64,000 nt of DNA from assembly GCA_045531765.1 (NCBI GenBank), contig JAZSEQ010000054.1, forward strand, positions 29,520 to 93,519. Direction: 5' to 3'. The first letter of the stretch is position 1. Each line of letters starts with the position of its first letter. A model generated the notes under the pieces. It was given only the letters and a program-made list of their open reading frames with translations, was not told where the DNA came from and did not search any database. The stretch is from Candidatus Cryptobacteroides sp. (GTDB taxonomy: Bacteria; Bacteroidota; Bacteroidia; Bacteroidales; UBA932). Of this stretch, positions 1 through 8,332 are shown piece after piece. The translations under genes and the position numbers were made by a program.

Positions 1-126
1 GGTCTCATTGGCACGTGCCATGTCAGTATCATTGGTCACTACGACCTTATGGCCGCCTGCTGAGCAGGAAGCCAAAATGGCAGCAGCCGAAGCCGCTGCC
101 ATAATGTTGAATATTCTTCTATTCAT
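1..126 (-). CDS. 5' part of a lipoprotein, probably DUF4861 family (truncated by window edge)
   Basis: Reads MNRRIFNIMAAASAAAILASCSAGGHKVVVTNDTDMARANET: lipobox LASC; VVVTN..D..R.NET resembles the DUF4861 N-terminus; lies downstream of kduD. Not in the ORF track. Confidence 0.6.
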   Translation of the reverse strand, partial: MNRRIFNIMAAASAAAILASCSAGGHKVVVTNDTDMARANET

Positions 127-145
127 AGTACCGATATTCATAAAT

Positions 146-257
146 ATTGGAAAATCCTGCAGTTCCAAGGTGCGCGAAGATGCGCAAAACTGAGTTTGCT
201 GTTGCAAATGAGTATTTGCGAATCGAGCTGCAACGCCGGAAATGCAGATTTAACAAT
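146..257. repeat. ~112-bp MITE-like long hairpin element
   Basis: Imperfect terminal inverted repeats ATTGGAAAATCCTGCA / TGCAGATTTAACAAT with nested inner stems (CGCAAA..TTTGC-TGTT-GCAAA..TTTGCG). Confidence 0.5.
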
Positions 258-259
258 GA

Positions 260-1054
260 TTATTGTGGCTGTTTTCCGATATATGCAAGGATACCTCCGT
301 CTACATAGAGAACATGACCGTTCACGAAGTCAGATGCCTCAGATGCGAGGAACACTGCTGGTCCCATCAGATCCTCTGGAGTACCCCAACGCTCTGCAGG
401 AGTCTTTGCCACAATGAAAGAATCGAACGGATGACGACTGCCGTCTGCCTGACGCTCACGAAGAGGAGCTGTCTGAGGAGTAGCGATGTAACCTGGGCCG
501 ATACCATTGCACTGGATGTTGTATTTACCGTACTCTGAAGCGATGTTGCGGGTAAGCATCTTAAGACCACCCTTTGCAGCTGCGTATGCAGAAACTGTCT
601 CGCGACCGAGCTCTGACATCATAGAGCAGATATTGATGATCTTACCTGCACCCATCTCCATCATTGAAGGGAGAACAGCCTTTGAAACGATGAAAGGACC
701 GTTGAGGTCGATGTCGATCACCTGACGGAACTCAGCAGCAGTCATCTCATGCATAGGGATACGCTTGATGATACCTGCATTGTTCACGAGGATATTGATC
801 TTACCGACTTCTTTCTCGATCTGAGCAACCATTGCGTTTACCTGTTCCTCGTTTGTAACGTCGCATACATAACCGCGAGCGTCAATACCCTTCTCCTTAT
901 ATGCAGCCAGACCTCTGTCTACGAAGTCCTGGTTGATATCATTGAACACAATCTTTGCACCTGCCTCTGCGAAAGCTGAAGCGAGAGCGAAACCGATACC
1001 ATAAGATGCTCCTGTTACAAGGGCAATCTTACCTTCGAGTGAAAAATTTACCAT
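260..1054 (-). CDS. kduD: 2-dehydro-3-deoxy-D-gluconate 5-dehydrogenase / gluconate 5-dehydrogenase (SDR)
   Basis: TGASYGIG NAD-binding motif, NNAG, YAAAKGG catalytic motif; adjacent to kduI. Confidence 0.88.
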   Translation of the reverse strand: MVNFSLEGKIALVTGASYGIGFALASAFAEAGAKIVFNDINQDFVDRGLAAYKEKGIDARGYVCDVTNEEQVNAMVAQIEKEVGKINILVNNAGIIKRIPMHEMTAAEFRQVIDIDLNGPFIVSKAVLPSMMEMGAGKIINICSMMSELGRETVSAYAAAKGGLKMLTRNIASEYGKYNIQCNGIGPGYIATPQTAPLRERQADGSRHPFDSFIVAKTPAERWGTPEDLMGPAVFLASEASDFVNGHVLYVDGGILAYIGKQPQ

Positions 1055-1084
1055 TTCTATCTTATTTAATTGTTAATTGCTTCA

Positions 1085-1927
1085 TTATTTGAGGTTCACT
1101 GTAGCACAGCCGTCCATGTCATTGTAGTCAAGGTTTTCTCCGCACATAGCCCAGATGAACGTATAGTTCTTGGTAGCGCATGCAGAGTGGATACTCCATT
1201 CAGGGGAGATCACAGCCTGCTCATTGTGCATCCAGATATGGCGGCTCTCCTGAGGCTGCCCCATGAAGTGGCATACTGCCTGGTCTTCAGGAAGCTCGAA
1301 GTAGAAATACACCTCCATACGACGCTCGTGTGTATGAGCCGGCATTGTGTTCCATGTGCTGCCCGGCTGAAGTTCAGTCATACCCATCTGAAGCTGGCAT
1401 GTAGGAACGACTTCCTTCACGAGCATCCTGTTGATGATACGATGATTGCTTTCCTCAAGGGTTCCAAGCTCCATCTTGACTGCCTCTTCACGAGTCGTGA
1501 GGTGGTCAGGACAAGTAGCATGAGCTGGCGAAGAGCAGAAATAGAACTTTGCTGGATTTGCAGGATCAACGCTCTCGAAAGTAACCTTTCTGTCACCGCG
1601 ACCAAGATAGAGAGCCTCCTTGTATTCCATAGGATATTCCTTGTCATCAGCCTTAACGACGCCCTTTCCACCTACGTTGAAGATACCGATTTCCCTTCTG
1701 CCGAGGAAGTAGTCGTTACGGAGGATGTCGATAGGCTTAAGCTCCACGACTTCGTTTACCGGCATTGCACCACCTGCAATCATTCTGTCATGCATAGTGT
1801 ACACCATGTTGATCTCGTCAGCTGAGAATACTGTCTCCATCAGATAGTTCTGCCTGAGCTGAGCTGTGTCATAATGTTTCGCATCATTCGGATGGGATGC
1901 ATACCTAACTTCGCTGTTTACTTTCAT
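1085..1927 (-). CDS. kduI: 5-dehydro-4-deoxy-D-glucuronate isomerase
   Basis: WNTMPAHTHERRMEVYFYF and WAMCGEN motifs; start moved to ATG 1927 (MKVNSEVRY). Confidence 0.95.
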   Translation of the reverse strand: MKVNSEVRYASHPNDAKHYDTAQLRQNYLMETVFSADEINMVYTMHDRMIAGGAMPVNEVVELKPIDILRNDYFLGRREIGIFNVGGKGVVKADDKEYPMEYKEALYLGRGDRKVTFESVDPANPAKFYFCSSPAHATCPDHLTTREEAVKMELGTLEESNHRIINRMLVKEVVPTCQLQMGMTELQPGSTWNTMPAHTHERRMEVYFYFELPEDQAVCHFMGQPQESRHIWMHNEQAVISPEWSIHSACATKNYTFIWAMCGENLDYNDMDGCATVNLK

Positions 1928-2030
1928 AGTCCTAAAATCTATCTTGTTAATAATCAATTTTATACAAAATTTGGGGCGGAATTACAAAAATTCCAACCCC
2001 AAATTTAATGATTATTTCCATATTCGCAAA

Positions 2031-2056
2031 AATTTCCGTGCACGTTCACGGAAATT
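2031..2056. promoter_or_regulatory. LacI-type operator palindrome upstream of kduI
   Basis: AATTTCCGTGCACGTTCACGGAAATT, a near-perfect palindrome; the same 16-bp core recurs at 5112-5127. Confidence 0.75.
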
Positions 2057-2061
2057 TTATA

Positions 2062-3555
2062 TTACAGCGTCACTCCTGACTTGAAGATGGCGATTTCACT
2101 ATAGCCGGACTTCTCGTTATTGGTATGTTCACCGGAAGCGATTCCCAGCACGAAATCCACAAAAGCATTATCAACTTCCTCCACAGGTGTGCCATCCACG
2201 ATTGCACCTGCATTGAAGTCTATCCAGAGAGGCTTATTGGCCGCAAGAGTGCTGTTTGTGGAAATCTTCGCAGTAGGAACGAATGTTCCGAACGGAGTTC
2301 CTCGGCCCGTGGTGAAGAGCACTATCTGACATCCGGCAGCTGCCAGCGCTGTCGAAGCCACGAGGTCATTGCCGGGAGCACTGAGAAGATTCAGCCCCTT
2401 CGTCTTGAGCCTGTCCCCGTAAAGAAGCACATCGCGGACGATGGAGTTGCCTGACTTCTGGGTACATCCAAGAGACTTCTCTTCAAGAGTGGAGATTCCA
2501 CCGGCCTTGTTGCCCGGAGACGGATTCTCATACACAGGCTGGTCGTTCTTCATGAAATATGCCTTGAAGTCATTGATCAGATGCACTGTCTTGTCGAAAG
2601 TCATTTCATCCTGACAGCGGGACATGAGTATGGTCTCCGCACCGAACATCTCAGGCACTTCAGTCAGCACAGTCGTGCCTCCTTGAGCAACAATCCAGTC
2701 AGAGAAACGCCCCAGAAGCGGATTGGCTGTAATGCCGGAGAAGCCGTCTGACCCTCCGCATTTAAGCCCTACCTTAAGCTCGCTCACAGGGATATCTTCC
2801 CTATGATCGTCTGCCGCAGCCTGGGCAATTTCACGTATCAGGTTCAGGCCATATTCAACCTCGTCGCCGTGTATCTTCTGTGATTCCATAAACTTGACAC
2901 GCGTCTCATCCACCTCGCCTACGAGTTCACGAAATGCTGAAAGCTGGTTGTTTTCACATCCGAGGGCTACGACAAGCACGCCGGCAGCATTAGGATGATG
3001 GACCATATCCGCAAGAATCCTGCGGGTGTTCTCATGGTCACCTCCAAGCTGGGAACAGCCATAGTTATGAGGGAAGGCAATGACTTTCTCCACTCCCGGA
3101 TACTGCTGGAGTTCCTTTTCAAACTGCCTCTGGATGCTCTGGGCCACACCGTTCACACAACCTACAGTGGGAATGATCCAAAGTTCGTTACGGATGCCGG
3201 CACGTCCGTCTGCACGACGGTATCCCTTGAAGAACGCCTTGTCAGATGCAGGAACGATCTCAGTAAGGTCAGGCTGATACGAGTACTCAAGAAGGCCTTC
3301 GAGATTGGTCTTGAGATTGGTGTGGTCAATGAGTCCTCCCTGAGGGACAGCCTGAAGGAGATGTCCTATAGGAAAACCGTACTTAATGACATCCTCTCCC
3401 TCCGCCATATCCTTCAGGGCCACCTTATGGCCTGCTGGAATCCTGGCAAGAGTCGTAAGGGATGTACCATCGATGTCGAAGCTGCCCCCAGCTTCGACAT
3501 CATGAACCGCCACCGCCACATTGTCGGCGACGTTGATCTTTATGAATTCTGCCAT
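2062..3555 (-). CDS. uxaA: Altronate dehydratase
   Basis: N-terminal SAF domain (DNVAVA, GHKVAL, KYG), HNYGCSQLG, KCGGSDGFSG, FTTGRGTP. Confidence 0.95.
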   Translation of the reverse strand: MAEFIKINVADNVAVAVHDVEAGGSFDIDGTSLTTLARIPAGHKVALKDMAEGEDVIKYGFPIGHLLQAVPQGGLIDHTNLKTNLEGLLEYSYQPDLTEIVPASDKAFFKGYRRADGRAGIRNELWIIPTVGCVNGVAQSIQRQFEKELQQYPGVEKVIAFPHNYGCSQLGGDHENTRRILADMVHHPNAAGVLVVALGCENNQLSAFRELVGEVDETRVKFMESQKIHGDEVEYGLNLIREIAQAAADDHREDIPVSELKVGLKCGGSDGFSGITANPLLGRFSDWIVAQGGTTVLTEVPEMFGAETILMSRCQDEMTFDKTVHLINDFKAYFMKNDQPVYENPSPGNKAGGISTLEEKSLGCTQKSGNSIVRDVLLYGDRLKTKGLNLLSAPGNDLVASTALAAAGCQIVLFTTGRGTPFGTFVPTAKISTNSTLAANKPLWIDFNAGAIVDGTPVEEVDNAFVDFVLGIASGEHTNNEKSGYSEIAIFKSGVTL

Positions 3556-3560
3556 AGCAT

Positions 3561-3587
3561 TGTCATTTCGAGCTTGTCGAGAAATCT
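3561..3587. repeat. GTCAT...ATCT-type palindromic REP in the uxaB-uxaA spacer
   Basis: TGTCATTTCGAGCTTGTCGAGAAATCT; same end signature as the REPs at 6.8-7.9 kb and 32.3 kb. Confidence 0.7.
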
Positions 3588-5025
3588 AGCCGATCACTGT
3601 GCGTACAGCCGCACGCATTCCTTCATTCTGTACAAGTTCAAGATACTCTGACACGAGATCAGTGAGCCCTGGGATCTGATTGAGGTCCTCACCCCAGATG
3701 AACTCAGCGGCAAGAACGCCTTCGGCCACCTTGCGAACATCACCTGTAGCCCAGAGGTTCTTGAGAAGCTCAATGATAGCCGCATCGTCGTTAGGAACGA
3801 TCTCGACATCTCCCCTCTTGCCGCCCTTATAATATGTAATGATGGCTGCAAGACCGAGAACGAGGCCCTTTGGAAGTTCGCCCTTGCGCTCGAGGTAGGT
3901 CTTCAGACCTGGAAGGTCACGTGTCTTATATTTAGGGAATGAGTTCAGCATGATGCTGGTCACGAAATGCTTTACATAAGGGTTCACGAAGCGCTCCACG
4001 ACAGAATCAGCGAATGCTTCAAGCTCAGGTTTAGGAAGGTTGAGAGTCTCAAGAAGTTCACCATACATGACTTTCTTCACGAACTGTCCTACTTCCGGAT
4101 CCTCTACGCATTCCTTCACTGTATCGAGACCTGAGAGGTATCCTACAGGAGAAAGCACTGTGTGAGGGCCATTGAGGAGAGTTACCTTTCTTTCATGGTA
4201 AGGAGCCTCGCTTGGAACAAAGAGGACATTCAGACCAGCCTTGTCTGCAGGGAACTCGGCAGCTACAGTCTCAGGAGCCTCGATTACCCAGAGGTGGAAG
4301 ATCTCGCCTTTCACCACAAGATTGTCGCTGTAACCGATGCGCTCATGAATCTGAGCGATGGTATCCTTCGGATAGCCCGGTACAATACGGTCCACGAGGG
4401 TGCAGTAAACACCGCAAGCCTGCTCGAACCAAGCCTTGAATTCCTCACCAAGCTGCCAAAGCTCTATATACTGATAGATGCACTTCTTGAGCTCCTTTCC
4501 GTTAAGGAAGATAAGCTCGCATGGAAGGATTATGAAGCCCTTTGACATGTCACCCTTGAAATGCTCGAATCTGTGGTAGAGAAGCTGAGTGAGCTTGCCT
4601 GGATATGAAGATGCAGGCTTGTCTTCAAGCTTGCATGAAGGGTCGAATGCAATACCGGCCTCAGTAGTGTTGGAGATCACAAAACGGATATCCGGATTTT
4701 CTGCCAGGGCGATATACTCATCGAACTGAGTGTACGGGTTGAGACCGCCGTTGATCACATCGATCATCTGTATCGAGTCCACAGCCTGTCCCTTGTCGAT
4801 TCCCTGAAGGTTTACATGGTAAAGTCCGTCCTGGGAGTTAAGCATATCCACCATTCCCCTGTCGATTGGCTGCACTACAACTACACCTGCGTTGAAATCT
4901 GTCTTCTGGTTGGTGTTCCATACGATCCAATCTACGAATGCTCTGAGGAAGTTTCCTTCTCCAAACTGAATGATCTTGGTAGGATACTGATTGGCCTTGG
5001 CCGTCTGTCTGTTTAATGGTTGCAT
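3586..5025 (-). CDS. uxaB: Tagaturonate reductase (altronate oxidoreductase)
   Basis: QFGEGNFLRAF, SNTTEAGI, PCELI, VDRIVPG, LNGPHT. Confidence 0.95.
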   Translation of the reverse strand: MQPLNRQTAKANQYPTKIIQFGEGNFLRAFVDWIVWNTNQKTDFNAGVVVVQPIDRGMVDMLNSQDGLYHVNLQGIDKGQAVDSIQMIDVINGGLNPYTQFDEYIALAENPDIRFVISNTTEAGIAFDPSCKLEDKPASSYPGKLTQLLYHRFEHFKGDMSKGFIILPCELIFLNGKELKKCIYQYIELWQLGEEFKAWFEQACGVYCTLVDRIVPGYPKDTIAQIHERIGYSDNLVVKGEIFHLWVIEAPETVAAEFPADKAGLNVLFVPSEAPYHERKVTLLNGPHTVLSPVGYLSGLDTVKECVEDPEVGQFVKKVMYGELLETLNLPKPELEAFADSVVERFVNPYVKHFVTSIMLNSFPKYKTRDLPGLKTYLERKGELPKGLVLGLAAIITYYKGGKRGDVEIVPNDDAAIIELLKNLWATGDVRKVAEGVLAAEFIWGEDLNQIPGLTDLVSEYLELVQNEGMRAAVRTVIG

Positions 5026-5092
5026 AGCTTATTGTTTTAGTATTGATTATCATTCGATCTGTCCTTCCGTACTACGGAAAGGCGACATGATA

Positions 5093-5127
5093 CAAATATA
5101 TGTAAAATAGTGTGCACGTTCACGGAA
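5093..5127 (-). promoter_or_regulatory. uxaB -7 promoter element and adjacent LacI-type operator
   Basis: TATATTTG on the minus strand (5093-5100); operator core GTGCACGTTCACGGAA at 5112-5127 in the divergent uxaB/uxaC spacer. Confidence 0.7.
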
Positions 5128-5242
5128 TTTTCTGTAATTTTACGAGGATTGACGATTATTCATATTTTTTTGGATAATTCTACATCAGTATAAACCCCAG
5201 ATAGACGATATTTGTAAAAGACAAACCACAAAACCACATATT

Positions 5243-6694
5243 ATGGACTTTTTATCAAAAGTAAAGGAAAACATTGACGGGCTGACAGGCGCAAAGCCTT
5301 TCATCCATGACGATTTCATGCTCACCAACGATTATGCACGTGAGCTATACCACGAGAGTGCCAAGGATATGCCTATCATAGATTATCACTGCCACCTCGT
5401 ACCTAAGATGATTGCAGACAACTACCAGTTCAAGGACCTCACAGAGGTCTGGCTTGGAGGCGACCACTACAAGTGGAGGGCTATGAGAGGAAACGGAGTT
5501 CCGGAAGAATTCATCACGGGAGGACGTGGAAGCTATGAGAAATTCGAGAAATGGGCGGAGACTGTCCCATACACAATGAGAAACCCTCTTTACCACTGGA
5601 CTCATCTCGAGCTAGCAAGAATCTTCGGAGTGAACGAGCTGCTGAGTCCGAAGACTGCACGCGCCATCTATGACGAGTGTACGGCAAAGCTTCAGACAGA
5701 GGAGTTCAGGGGTCAGGAACTGATGAAGAGGTTCAATGTAAAGGTAGTCTGCACCACTGACGACCCTGCAGACACTCTCGAATACCATCAGCAGATCAAG
5801 AACAATCCTTTCGGCGTGAAGGTGCTCCCTACATGGCGTCCGGACAAGGCGATGGTGGTGGAGAAACCGGGGCAGTACAAGGAATATATCCAGAAGTTGA
5901 GCGCGATCTCGGGAGTGGAGATCAATAACTACCAGGACCTCCTCGATGCCCTGCGCAAGCGTCAGGACTTCTTCCATGAAATGGGATGCCGCATTTCAGA
6001 CCATGGTCTCGAGAACTTCTATGCAGAAGACTTCGAGATGGATGAAATCGACAAGATTTTCAGGAATACCCTCAAGGGCAAGCAGCCGACCCAGCAGGAA
6101 GTCCTCAAGTTCAAGAGCGCAATCCTCCTCGACTTCGCACGCATGGACCACGAGAAAGGTTGGGCCCAGCAGTTCCATATCGGAGCCATCCGCGACAACA
6201 ACACCCGCATGTTCAACATCCTCGGTCCTGACACCGGATACGACGCCATACATGACGTTGCATGTGCAGCTGCCGGACACAAGTTCCTCAACACACTTGC
6301 AATGGAGGACAAGCTCACCAAGACAATCCTCTACAACCTCAACCCGAAGGACAACGAGGTGCTTGCCACTATGGCCTACACATTCAACGACGGCACATGC
6401 CCCGGCAAGATCCAGCTCGGCTCGGGATGGTGGTTCCTGGATCAGGAAGACGGCATGAAGAAACAGATGAACGCGCTTTCCGCACTCGGACTTCTCAGCC
6501 GCTTCGTAGGAATGCTCACGGACTCACGCAGCTTCCTGTCATATCCTCGTCACGAGTACTTCCGCAGAATCCTCTGCAACATCCTCGGAGAGGACATCCA
6601 GAACGGAAAGCTGCCTAAGAGCGAGATGGACTTCATCCACCAGATGGTCAAGGACATCTCCTACAACAACGCCGACAGATACTTCAACTTCTAA
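5243..6694 (+). CDS. uxaC: Glucuronate (uronate) isomerase
   Basis: PIIDYHCHL, GDHYKWRAMR, GWWFLD, GMLTDSRSFLSYPRHEYFRR. Confidence 0.97.
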   Translation: MDFLSKVKENIDGLTGAKPFIHDDFMLTNDYARELYHESAKDMPIIDYHCHLVPKMIADNYQFKDLTEVWLGGDHYKWRAMRGNGVPEEFITGGRGSYEKFEKWAETVPYTMRNPLYHWTHLELARIFGVNELLSPKTARAIYDECTAKLQTEEFRGQELMKRFNVKVVCTTDDPADTLEYHQQIKNNPFGVKVLPTWRPDKAMVVEKPGQYKEYIQKLSAISGVEINNYQDLLDALRKRQDFFHEMGCRISDHGLENFYAEDFEMDEIDKIFRNTLKGKQPTQQEVLKFKSAILLDFARMDHEKGWAQQFHIGAIRDNNTRMFNILGPDTGYDAIHDVACAAAGHKFLNTLAMEDKLTKTILYNLNPKDNEVLATMAYTFNDGTCPGKIQLGSGWWFLDQEDGMKKQMNALSALGLLSRFVGMLTDSRSFLSYPRHEYFRRILCNILGEDIQNGKLPKSEMDFIHQMVKDISYNNADRYFNF

Positions 6695-6717
6695 AAAGTA
6701 AAGACCGAATAAAATAT

Positions 6718-6750
6718 GGGGCCGACTAATCATAGTCGAGCCCCTTTTTT
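6718..6750 (+). terminator. Intrinsic terminator after uxaC
   Basis: GGGGCCGACTA-ATCA-TAGTCGAGCCCC followed by TTTTTT. Confidence 0.8.
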
Positions 6751-6786
6751 ATGTCAGTAACATACAAGCCGGGTAAAGAAAATGGA

Positions 6787-6850
6787 ACACATACTTTTGC
6801 AGGTGACCCCTAAAGATGCTTCACTTCGTTCAGCATGACAGGTCACACTC
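6787..6850 (+). repeat. 64-bp exact direct repeat, copy 1
   Basis: ACACATACTTTTGCAGGTGACCCCTAAAGATGCTTCACTTCGTTCAGCATGACAGGTCACACTC; identical to 7870-7933. Confidence 0.95.
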
Positions 6851-6910
6851 TGTTCAGGATGACAGGCTACACTCAATTCCGCATGACAGGTCACACTCTG
6901 TTCTGCATGA
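6828..6910 (+). repeat. Tandem array of ~3.5 x 24-bp units
   Basis: GTTCAGCATGACAGGTCACACTCT / GTTCAGGATGACAGGCTACACTCA / ATTCCGCATGACAGGTCACACTCT / GTTCTGCATGA. Confidence 0.9.
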
Positions 6911-6948
6911 GCCTTCCTCATTGGTGTTATTCTGAGCCTTCCCCCCCC

Positions 6949-7248
6949 TGTCATCCTGAGCAACGCGAAGGATCTTTATGACCGGGGATGACGGAGAAGG
7001 CAATCAGGGCAGAGAGATCCCCGGTCAAGCCGGGGATGACGCAACAGAAAACCGGGAAGGGCGAAGGGGTACTTTCGACGTCATGGCCGACCTGATCGGC
7101 CATCTTTAGGCAGGGAGATCTGGCCAAGGATGACGAGAAGGCAATCAGGGCAGAGAGATCCCCGGTCAAGCCGGGGATGACGGTGGGAGGCAAGACGGGA
7201 AGGACGAAGGGCCACCTTCAACGTCATGGCCGACCTGATCGGCCATCT
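6949..7248. repeat. Cluster of GTCAT...ATCT (CGTC-class) REP palindromes including a tandem ~142-bp duplicated doublet
   Basis: TGTCATCCTGAGCAACGCGAAGGATCT (6949-6975); AGATCCCCGGTCAAGCCGGGGATGAC (7015-7040, 7156-7181); GTCATGGCCGACCTGATCGGCCATCT (7080-7105, 7223-7248). Confidence 0.9.
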
Positions 7249-7554
7249 CCATGTGCCACACCTTAAGCGACTTTCGCATCAAACTAGCACAAGGTGTAGC
7301 GATTTTCCATCAAGGCTCCGCCATAGTTCCGTCTCGATCAAAAACAAACCTCTTTTTAAATCGTCCCCAAAGATGTTTGCGTAGAGCAGGGACCGGAGCT
7401 GGCAAATACGCCCGCCAACTCCTCAAAGCATGCTGCGCAAGCTACGCCAAAGGGCTTGCTCCGCATGCTTTGTGCCTCTTACGGCCAGGAATGAAGCCAT
7501 TTTTTGACAACGAACTTCAAAATTTATTCATCTCCACCTGCTTTGTGACAGCAC

Positions 7555-7633
7555 GGCCAGAAAAAGAGCTTCTTTTTTGGCCAGCGGGGACAGATTGACA
7601 CTATCGGCCAGGAAAAGGGCCTTTTTTGTGGCC
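7555..7633. repeat. Two 28-bp palindromes with 51-bp period
   Basis: GGCCAGAAAAAGAGCTTCTTTTTTGGCC (7555-7582) and GGCCAGGAAAAGGGCCTTTTTTGTGGCC (7606-7633); degenerate third copy near 7483. Confidence 0.8.
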
Positions 7634-7736
7634 GGATGTAAATTAACCGATTTTGTGGTCACCTGGACATCTGGGGTGATAGATTTCTCTGAAAAAGTTC
7701 CAGGTGGACATTCCGGGTGATAACCGGGCAACAGTC

Positions 7737-7779
7737 AAGCGCTGCGGACGGCCCTTGGGCCGAGCCGTCCGCAGCGCTT
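7737..7779. repeat. Perfect 16-bp GC-rich inverted repeat
   Basis: AAGCGCTGCGGACGGC - 11-nt loop - GCCGTCCGCAGCGCTT. Confidence 0.85.
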
Positions 7780-7869
7780 TATCTGTAGTCGCCGGAGGTC
7801 GTATATTCCGGCGACGGTGACCGGCTTGGTAATGTGGACTCTTATAGTAAGTCGGTATCATCTATGGGT

Positions 7870-7933
7870 ACACATACTTTTGCAGGTGACCCCTAAAGAT
7901 GCTTCACTTCGTTCAGCATGACAGGTCACACTC
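7870..7933 (+). repeat. 64-bp exact direct repeat, copy 2
   Basis: Identical to 6787-6850. Confidence 0.95.
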
Positions 7934-8081
7934 AAAGAGGGGCCCGACGGAGACAAGTGGTCGAAGACCACGCAGGAAACGTTGGGAGGGTCCGGAGTGA
8001 GCGTAGCGAACGGAGTCCTCCTCAATCCCTACCATCAGCCTGGTGCAATCCTTATAAACACAAAAGAAGCTCTATTCATAG

Positions 8082-8190
8082 CGTCAGTCAGGTTTCAGGA
8101 CGATTTTGTGACTGACGGTCCCTAAAATGTATATAAATCGATGGTTTTAGCCAGCGTCAGTCACTAAAACAGGCAAAAACCTGACTGACG
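8082..8190. repeat. Inverted pair of 36-bp CGTCAGTCA...TGACTGACG palindromes
   Basis: Copies at 8082-8117 and 8155-8190; the second resembles the reverse complement of the first. Confidence 0.8.
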
Positions 8191-8332
8191 GTATCGAAGG
8201 TGAAAAGAAGATGGTTACCCAAAAGTCTTATTAACTGATCAGTCACTCTATTTTCATTTATATAGGTCCTTTCTTAGGTGACGCGACGCAGGGGAATCAG
8301 CCGAAAGCCTTGCGTCGCGGTGTTCAATGGAT

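Noticed and set aside
6787-7248. CRISPR array
   Set aside because: Units are tandem or doublet REPs without unique constant-length spacers; no cas genes in the window.
6754-8115. Short ORFs within the repeat mosaic (e.g. 6754-6963, 6951-7193, 7251-7598)
   Set aside because: They translate REP sequence (VIPGLTGDL, CHAERSEAS) and show no protein-family signal.
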